Shown here: in pieces, positions 49,746 to 55,143 of the stretch
Numbering within the stretch: the stretch's first letter is position 1
How the letters are laid out: every line of letters starts with the position of its first letter
NCBI GenBank assembly: GCA_016218885.1
Contig: JACRCT010000256.1
Coordinates: 1 to 55,143 of the forward strand
Source: Deltaproteobacteria bacterium
Lineage (GTDB): Bacteria > Myxococcota > Myxococcia > Myxococcales > UBA5297
Length of the DNA: 55,143 nt
Direction: 5' to 3'
The notes under the pieces: model-generated
What the model was told of the DNA's origin: nothing
Seen by the model: the letters and a program-made list of their open reading frames with translations, nothing else
Databases searched by the model: none
Position numbers and translations under genes: made by a program

Positions 49746-50900
49746 ATGTCCAACGACCAGAAGCACCATCCGCTCCACCAACTCCGCACGGACCTCACCA
49801 CCCGCTTCCCCGAGCGCAAGGACGTCATCGACGGCGCCTTGGCCGCCGTCTTAGCCGGCGAGCACGTCCTGCTCCTCGGCCCGCCCGGCACCGCCAAGAG
49901 CGCGCTTGTCCGCGCCATCGCCGGCGCCTTCGGGGGCACCTACTTCGAGCGCCTTCTCACGAGGTTCTCCACGCCGGAAGAGCTCTTCGGCGCGATCTCG
50001 CTGAAGGCCCTGGAGCAGGACCGCTTCGCCCGCGTCACGACCGGCAAGCTGCCGGAGGTCGAGTTCGCCTTCATCGATGAGGTCTTCAAGGCCAACAGCG
50101 CCATCCTCAACTCGATGCTGACGCTCGTGAATGAGCGCCTCTTCCACAATGACGGCAGTCCGCAAACCTGCCCGCTCATCAGCATGTTCGGCGCCAGCAA
50201 CGAGTTGCCCGAGGGCAAGGACCTGGAGGCGCTGTTCGATAGGTTCCTGGTTCGCTTCGAGGTGGGCTACTTGCTGCGCCCCACAAGCCTCAAGCTGGTG
50301 CTCACCTCGCCCGAGCCGGGCGTGGCGCCGGCCATGCCACTCCCCGAGCTCAAAGGGATGCAGGCCGAGGTCGCAAAGGTGGTCGTCTCCGACGACACCG
50401 TGGAGGGGCTCATCACCATCAGGGATGCGTGCAAGGCCGAGGGCATCATCGCATCCGACCGGCGCTGGAAGAAGGCGCTCAAGCTGGTCCAGGCCACGGC
50501 GTTCATGGCCGGCGAGAAGAAGACGTGCCCGGAGGACCTGGGCATCCTGGAGCACGTGCTATGGCGCGATCCGGGCAAGGAGAAGGCCAAGGTCGCTCGG
50601 CTCGTCGGCAAGCTCGCGGACCCGGTGGGTGCGCAGGCGGCGGAGATCCTTGACGCCGCCCGAGAGACCGCCGCCAAGGTGACCGGACTCCAGTCGGGGG
50701 ACCGCAAGCAGTACATCGCCCAGGCCGCCCAGGCTCTCGAACAGTTCCAGGCCCAACAGAAGAAGCTGATGCTCCTCACCAAGAGCGCCGGCCGCCGGGC
50801 CGTCGGCGTGATCACCGATGCCACGGAGGAGATCGGCGCTCTCCACGCCGACCTGGCCCGCACCGTCAGCGCCGGGCTGGGGCTCCGGAGCGCCCGGTGA
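49746..50900 (+). CDS. MoxR/RavA-like AAA+ ATPase
   Basis: 384 aa. Walker A LLGPPGTAKSAL, Walker B FAFIDEVFKANSAILNSML, FGASNELP, and LFDRFLVR. Confidence 0.85.
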   Translation: MSNDQKHHPLHQLRTDLTTRFPERKDVIDGALAAVLAGEHVLLLGPPGTAKSALVRAIAGAFGGTYFERLLTRFSTPEELFGAISLKALEQDRFARVTTGKLPEVEFAFIDEVFKANSAILNSMLTLVNERLFHNDGSPQTCPLISMFGASNELPEGKDLEALFDRFLVRFEVGYLLRPTSLKLVLTSPEPGVAPAMPLPELKGMQAEVAKVVVSDDTVEGLITIRDACKAEGIIASDRRWKKALKLVQATAFMAGEKKTCPEDLGILEHVLWRDPGKEKAKVARLVGKLADPVGAQAAEILDAARETAAKVTGLQSGDRKQYIAQAAQALEQFQAQQKKLMLLTKSAGRRAVGVITDATEEIGALHADLARTVSAGLGLRSAR

Positions 50901-52171
50901 AGCGGGTCATCTACGACGTGCCGCGCTGGCACTGCTATCTCCATCGAGATGCCCGGGGCCTGGAAGTCGCCGGCGACCGGGACGGTCCAATCACAAAGTT
51001 CGAGGACGAGGTGTTCGATCGCCTCTACTCGGGCGAGCTCACCCGGCTCCCCGCCCGCCAGCAGGACCCGAAGCTCAAGACCTGGGCCGAGGGCGTCCAC
51101 AAAGCGTGCGAGGAGCTGCCCCCATTCACCCGCTTGGTGAACGAGTGCCAAGGCGACGCAATGGCCTCTGGAACGGCGCTCGAGTCGTTGATGGCCGTGC
51201 TCAAGCTCCAGGTGCCGTCGGAGCCGGACCAGAAGGCGCCGGACACCATCAGGCGCTCCATCGGCTCCGCCTGCGAGAAGGCGTCCAAGGCGGTCGACGA
51301 GCTCCGCGACACGCTGGAGGGGCTGGCCGAGGTCGGGATGGCCGGGACGCCGGGGACGAGTACCGCCACCGGTGGCCAGCTCTCCACCAAGGCCATCAGG
51401 TCCCTGGCCGCCAGACTCAAGTCCGACACCAGGCTCAAGCAGATCGCCCTCCTGGCCGGTCGCTTCAAGCGCATCGCCGCCTCCAAGCGCCGCCAGAAGC
51501 TGAAGCACGGCGCCGACGAGATCAGCGACATCGAACAGGGGGCCGACCTCGGTCGGCTCCTGCCGTCCGAGCTCATGCAGCTCACCCAACGGACGCGCCG
51601 CCTGCTGCTTCTGAAGAACCTCCTGGAGCGCCAGTGTCTCCAGTACCAGCTCATCGGCAACCAGCCGCTGGGCAAGGGACCGCTGGTGGTGCTCCTCGAC
51701 AAGTCCGGCAGCATGGACGGGCCGAGAGATCTCTGGGCCACCGCGCTCGCCCTGGCGCTGCTTGACCAGGCCCAGCGGGAGCGGCGTCCGTTCGCCTTGG
51801 TGGCGTTCGACTACCGCGTGAAGTTCGAGGCCGTGGTGAAGCCCGGCGAGCCGCTCCCCGAAGCGGCGTTGTTCACCGCCTGCGCCGGAGGCACCGAGAT
51901 CGCCGACGCTGTCGCTCGGGGTCTCGAACTCGTCAGCCAGTACCAGGGCCCGCTCAAGAAGGCCGACCTGGTGCTCATCACCGACGGCGGCAGTGATGCG
52001 GCCATGGCGCCGAATCTCCGAGCCCAGGCACTCGAACTGGGCGTTACCGTCCTCGGCCTTGGCATCGGGGTGGAGCGTGAGTGGCTGGCGCCCTGGTGCG
52101 ACGACATCCAGGTTGTCACCGACCTCAACACCATCAACGACGAAGCCGCAACCAAGCTGTTCGCAGCGTAG
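50897..52171 (+). CDS. von Willebrand factor A (vWA) domain protein
   Basis: GTG start overlapping the MoxR stop. MIDAS motif VVLLDKSGSM, then GGTEIADAV and LVLITDGGSD. Confidence 0.8.
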   Translation: MKRVIYDVPRWHCYLHRDARGLEVAGDRDGPITKFEDEVFDRLYSGELTRLPARQQDPKLKTWAEGVHKACEELPPFTRLVNECQGDAMASGTALESLMAVLKLQVPSEPDQKAPDTIRRSIGSACEKASKAVDELRDTLEGLAEVGMAGTPGTSTATGGQLSTKAIRSLAARLKSDTRLKQIALLAGRFKRIAASKRRQKLKHGADEISDIEQGADLGRLLPSELMQLTQRTRRLLLLKNLLERQCLQYQLIGNQPLGKGPLVVLLDKSGSMDGPRDLWATALALALLDQAQRERRPFALVAFDYRVKFEAVVKPGEPLPEAALFTACAGGTEIADAVARGLELVSQYQGPLKKADLVLITDGGSDAAMAPNLRAQALELGVTVLGLGIGVEREWLAPWCDDIQVVTDLNTINDEAATKLFAA

Positions 52172-52238
52172 CTCCTCGACCCGCACGGCTCCTCGTTCCC
52201 CAACGAGATTCGTCGGCCGACGATTCGAGGAGACGTCC

Positions 52239-52346
52239 ATGTCAGTGCCCAAGTGGATCACGCCGGAGCTTGCGGTGGAGGTCGTCGCGGCGGTCGTCGC
52301 CGTGGTGATCGCCCACCAGAAGCGCCGGCCCGTGCGCAGTCGATGA
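52239..52346 (+). CDS. possible 35-aa single-TM peptide
   Basis: ATG after GAGGAG. MSVPKWITPELAVEVVAAVVAVVIAHQKRRPVRSR. Confidence 0.3.
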   Translation: MSVPKWITPELAVEVVAAVVAVVIAHQKRRPVRSR

Positions 52347-52410
52347 GCCGGAGGCGCCTCCCGGTGATGCTCGCCGGGGGGTGGCCTCCCCTTTCCCGGA
52401 GGTCAACACC

Positions 52411-52620
52411 ATGAGCTACACGCCGTGCCCCAGCTGCGGGGTCCGATTCGATCAAGGCAGCGCCATCAGGTGGTCAAGGCTGCTCTACCCGCCCGACCTC
52501 CGCCCGGTCACTCCCTTCAACGTCCCCATCCCCGACTACGCCACCCCCGTGACCTACAGCTGCCCCGCATGCCGGTTCTCGCAGTGCTTCCCGCTCGACG
52601 GTCCGCACGCGACGGCCTAG
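52411..52620 (+). CDS. small zinc-ribbon protein
   Basis: ATG 52411 after GGAGG. Motif CPSCG...(x42)...CPAC. Confidence 0.4.
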   Translation: MSYTPCPSCGVRFDQGSAIRWSRLLYPPDLRPVTPFNVPIPDYATPVTYSCPACRFSQCFPLDGPHATA

Positions 52621-52718
52621 CGCAACTTCCACTCACCAGCGCCGGCGATGCCGGGGCCTTCACCAGGCGGCCCTAGCACCTCACGGTGCCGGGGCCTTGC
52701 CGTGCAAGGAGCACCACA

Positions 52719-53501
52719 ATGACGAGCGACGAAAGAAGGAAGCTGTACGCCGCACTGGCCACGCCGTTCCCGGAGGAGGCCATCGAGCGCACCGACGGCA
52801 AGGTTACCGGCAAGGGCTACTCGACCACCGGCATCAAGTACCAGTACGTGGCCAACAGGCTTAACGAGGTCCTGGGCGTCGGCGGCTGGCGCGCCCACCG
52901 GACGGTGAACGTTAAGGAGATCACCCGCTCCAACGGGCGCCCCGCCTTCGAGGCCGTAGCAGACGTGACGTTGGAGTTGGGCGAGTGGGTCGACGGGGTC
53001 TTCGAGGTGTTCGCGGAGAGCCTGGCGGACGGCGGACACGTTGCCACCTCCGAAGCCGACGCCCGTAAAGGTGCCTTCACGGGGGCTTGGAAGAAGGCGG
53101 CAGGGATGCTTGGTGTGGGTCGCCAAGCCTACGAAGGCTCACTCGACGACGACAACGTGCCGGCCGACACCGGCATCGAGATCCCGACGAACCCGGCGAA
53201 CCCGCCGCGCCCGACGCCTCCCGCGCAGCCGCAGCAGGTCAACGTCACCACGCTCCCGACGGCGCCAGCCCAGCAGCGCAACCGGCTTTCGTCGAAGCAG
53301 CTCGGGGCGATCCAGGCGATCGGTCGTAAGCTGGGCTTCGACCCGCAGGGGCTGAGGGCCCACATCAAGAAGACCCTGGGCGTCCAGCCGGAGTTCCTCT
53401 CGCGGGACCTGGCGTCGAAGCTGATCTCCGCGATGAGCGCCCAGGCCGGCAACGGGCACGACACCGGCCACCACCAGGCCGAGCCCGGGGCCGAGGGCTG
53501 A
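52719..53501 (+). CDS. Rad52/22-family single-strand annealing protein
   Basis: 260 aa. YSTTGIKYQYVANRLNEVLGVGGWR and EADARKGAFTGAWKKAAGMLGVGRQ match the Rad52-like SSAP core. Pro-rich linker and conserved tail. Confidence 0.7.
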   Translation: MTSDERRKLYAALATPFPEEAIERTDGKVTGKGYSTTGIKYQYVANRLNEVLGVGGWRAHRTVNVKEITRSNGRPAFEAVADVTLELGEWVDGVFEVFAESLADGGHVATSEADARKGAFTGAWKKAAGMLGVGRQAYEGSLDDDNVPADTGIEIPTNPANPPRPTPPAQPQQVNVTTLPTAPAQQRNRLSSKQLGAIQAIGRKLGFDPQGLRAHIKKTLGVQPEFLSRDLASKLISAMSAQAGNGHDTGHHQAEPGAEG

Positions 53502-53502
53502 C

Positions 53503-54318
53503 ATGGCCCGACCCAAGCACGAGGGGCTCTACACCTCGGTCAGCCAGGTCAAGACCTACCTGCGTTGTCCGAGGCAGTTCGAGCTCAAGTACGTGAGGGG
53601 CGTTCCGGCTGCCTTCCTTCCGGCCCCCCTCGTCTTCGGGAGTGCTTTCCATTCGGCGCTCGCCGCGTACTACGGCGAGATGGAGGTGTCTGGCATGCCG
53701 CTCCGGCGGGACCACGTGCTCGACGTCTTCCGGACCGAGTGGGCTCGCGCCCTCGACGGTCCCGTGCCGCTCCAGGTCGACGAGGAGGAAGATGCCGCCA
53801 CCAGTTTGGTGGACAAGGGCGTGTCCATGCTCCACGCGTTCGTGGAGCACGCGGAGAAGAACCTCGAAGGCGTCACGGTGGAGGCCGTGGAGAGCTCTTT
53901 CGCGGTGGTCATCCACGACCCGGACAGCGGCGAGCCCCTAGAGGAGCAGCTCGTGGGCACGATGGACCTCGTCGTGCTCGATCACGGCCAGCGGGTCGTC
54001 GTGGAGCACAAGACCTCGGCGAAGAAGTACAGCGCTGACCAGCTCCGGTACGACCTACAACTCACGGGGTACAAGATCGCGGCACGCCAAGCCGGGATGG
54101 GAGATGTGGGCTTGAGGTTCCAGGTGATCACGAAGGCGAAGGTGCCGGCCGTCCAGGTGGTAGACGTTGCGCGGGACGATCAGGACGAGGAAGACTTCGT
54201 CCGGACCGCAGTCGGGGTACTTCGGGCGATCGACGCTGGCGTCAGCTACCCCGTGCGCTCGACATGGATGTGCCGTTCCTGTCAGTACGCCCATGCATGC
54301 GCAGGCGCCCGGTCATGA
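53503..54318 (+). CDS. PD-(D/E)xK exonuclease, RecB/Cas4-like
   Basis: 271 aa. N-terminal Cys (YLRCPRQF), nuclease core GTMDLVVL...VVVEHKTS, and C-terminal Cys cluster CRSCQYAHAC. Confidence 0.8.
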   Translation: MARPKHEGLYTSVSQVKTYLRCPRQFELKYVRGVPAAFLPAPLVFGSAFHSALAAYYGEMEVSGMPLRRDHVLDVFRTEWARALDGPVPLQVDEEEDAATSLVDKGVSMLHAFVEHAEKNLEGVTVEAVESSFAVVIHDPDSGEPLEEQLVGTMDLVVLDHGQRVVVEHKTSAKKYSADQLRYDLQLTGYKIAARQAGMGDVGLRFQVITKAKVPAVQVVDVARDDQDEEDFVRTAVGVLRAIDAGVSYPVRSTWMCRSCQYAHACAGARS

Positions 54319-54599
54319 GGCGGGCGGTGAGCGTCAGCGCCGAGCTCGCCACCATCCAGCGCGCCGTCGAGGGGGTTCTTTCCCTCCTGGACGTGGAGCA
54401 CCTGGTGGCCGGCCTCGACGCGGAGGCCGGTCGCCGGGTGGCGGCAGTGCTGGTCCTGGTGTGGTGCCGGCTCCGGGACCTCGACCGCGGTGTCCGCGGC
54501 ATCGTCGACCCGGCGCTGCTGTGGGCGGAGCACAACGCAGCCCTCGAGCCCCAGCCCGGGGACGAGCCCGACGTGCTTCTCAAGCCGATGAAGCGGTAG
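54315..54599 (+). CDS. small hypothetical protein
   Basis: ATG 54315 overlapping the nuclease stop (ATGA). 94 aa. Confidence 0.4.
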   Translation: MRRAVSVSAELATIQRAVEGVLSLLDVEHLVAGLDAEAGRRVAAVLVLVWCRLRDLDRGVRGIVDPALLWAEHNAALEPQPGDEPDVLLKPMKR

Positions 54600-55079
54600 G
54601 TGCTGCCGGACCCGGGGGGATCAACGGTCCCGCCGGGCCCGGTGCCCCTGCCTGTTGACCGGGTGCGAAGTGATGTGTATTCCGGGCTGACGCCGCGTTG
54701 ATCAGCGGCACCTACGCTGGCGAGGCCAGCGGGGCGACCTGGAAGCCTGGGTCGCTTTCCCGGCGCGTAGTGGCCTCTCGGGTCCCTCCGCGCACAGCCG
54801 GTTTACCCGGCTCATGTAGTCCCGGCTGGTCGCGTTACGCGACCCCCTGCCGCCGGCCACCCAGGACCGAGCCCTGTGCTCGGAGCCAAAGGCATGGCCA
54901 TGTTCGACACCAACACTTCCGATTCTTCCGCCGCACCCTGCAACTTCCCCTTCCCCGAGGTCGAGCCGCGTCTGTACGACCTCGGGAGCCCTGTCGCTTC
55001 AACGTAACCGACCGCCGCAGGACGTCTGGCGAGGCTGACCTGCCAGGCTGATGCTTCTCCGCTCACCACGGAGGAGCAC

Positions 55080-55143
55080 ATGGCCGATCAGGACCGGGAG
55101 CGCTGGACGAAGTTGGTGGCGGACTTCGAGTCGAGTGAACTGA
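55080..55143 (+). CDS. 5' end of a gene, possibly an IS66-family accessory (TnpA-like) protein
   Basis: GGAGGAG RBS, then ATG. MADQDRERWTKLVADFESSEL... stays open to the window edge. N-terminal pattern (W..lV.ef..SgL) resembles IS66 orf1 products. Only 21 codons are visible. Confidence 0.25.
   Translation, partial: MADQDRERWTKLVADFESSEL

Larger units (their letters stand above)
39758..54599. mobile_element. phage-like or integrative-element replication/recombination region (boundaries and integrase not in evidence)
   Basis: Prim-pol, UvrD-like helicase, RHH protein, many small orphan genes, MoxR-vWA pair, Rad52-like annealase and Cas4-like exonuclease. No structural, terminase or integrase genes seen in the window. 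Confidence 0.45.

Overview
High-G+C bacterial DNA; flanks are over 70% G+C by eye and the organism cannot be named from sequence alone. Positions 1-3000 look like ordinary chromosome: a lipoprotein, a VOC-fold protein and a SAM methyltransferase. From about 3.0 to 36.3 kb the window is a dense defence/accessory island. Its contents, in order: (1) an AbrB-type antitoxin plus Doc toxin pair; (2) a five-gene, translationally coupled minus-strand operon (5455-8916) ending in a beta-CASP MBL nuclease and a PD-(D/E)xK protein, and starting with a free-standing degenerate DnaE-fingers-like fragment; (3) an excisionase-type HTH gene followed by an AAA+ ATPase plus S8 subtilase pair matching the IetAS defence system; (4) a complete eight-gene BREX locus with type 6 gene content (brxE-A-B-C, pglX, pglZ, brxD, brxHI; 14149-31450, minus strand), with a low-G+C RES-domain gene wedged between pglX and pglZ; (5) a plus-strand cluster (31705-36331) with two overlapping paralogous genes, each encoding double zinc ribbons plus an Rx4H (HEPN-like) C-terminal domain, followed by a helical protein and a C39-like cysteine peptidase. 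I consider (5) and (2) the best candidates for undescribed systems. From about 39.7 kb to the right edge the content is phage-like or integrative-element-like: prim-pol, UvrD-like helicase, RHH protein, MoxR-vWA pair, Rad52-like annealase and Cas4-like exonuclease. This part also has several non-coding repeat structures, and the window ends in a possible IS66-type gene start. No tRNA, rRNA, CRISPR array or integrase was found. All family calls rest on motifs read from the translations; no database search was possible.
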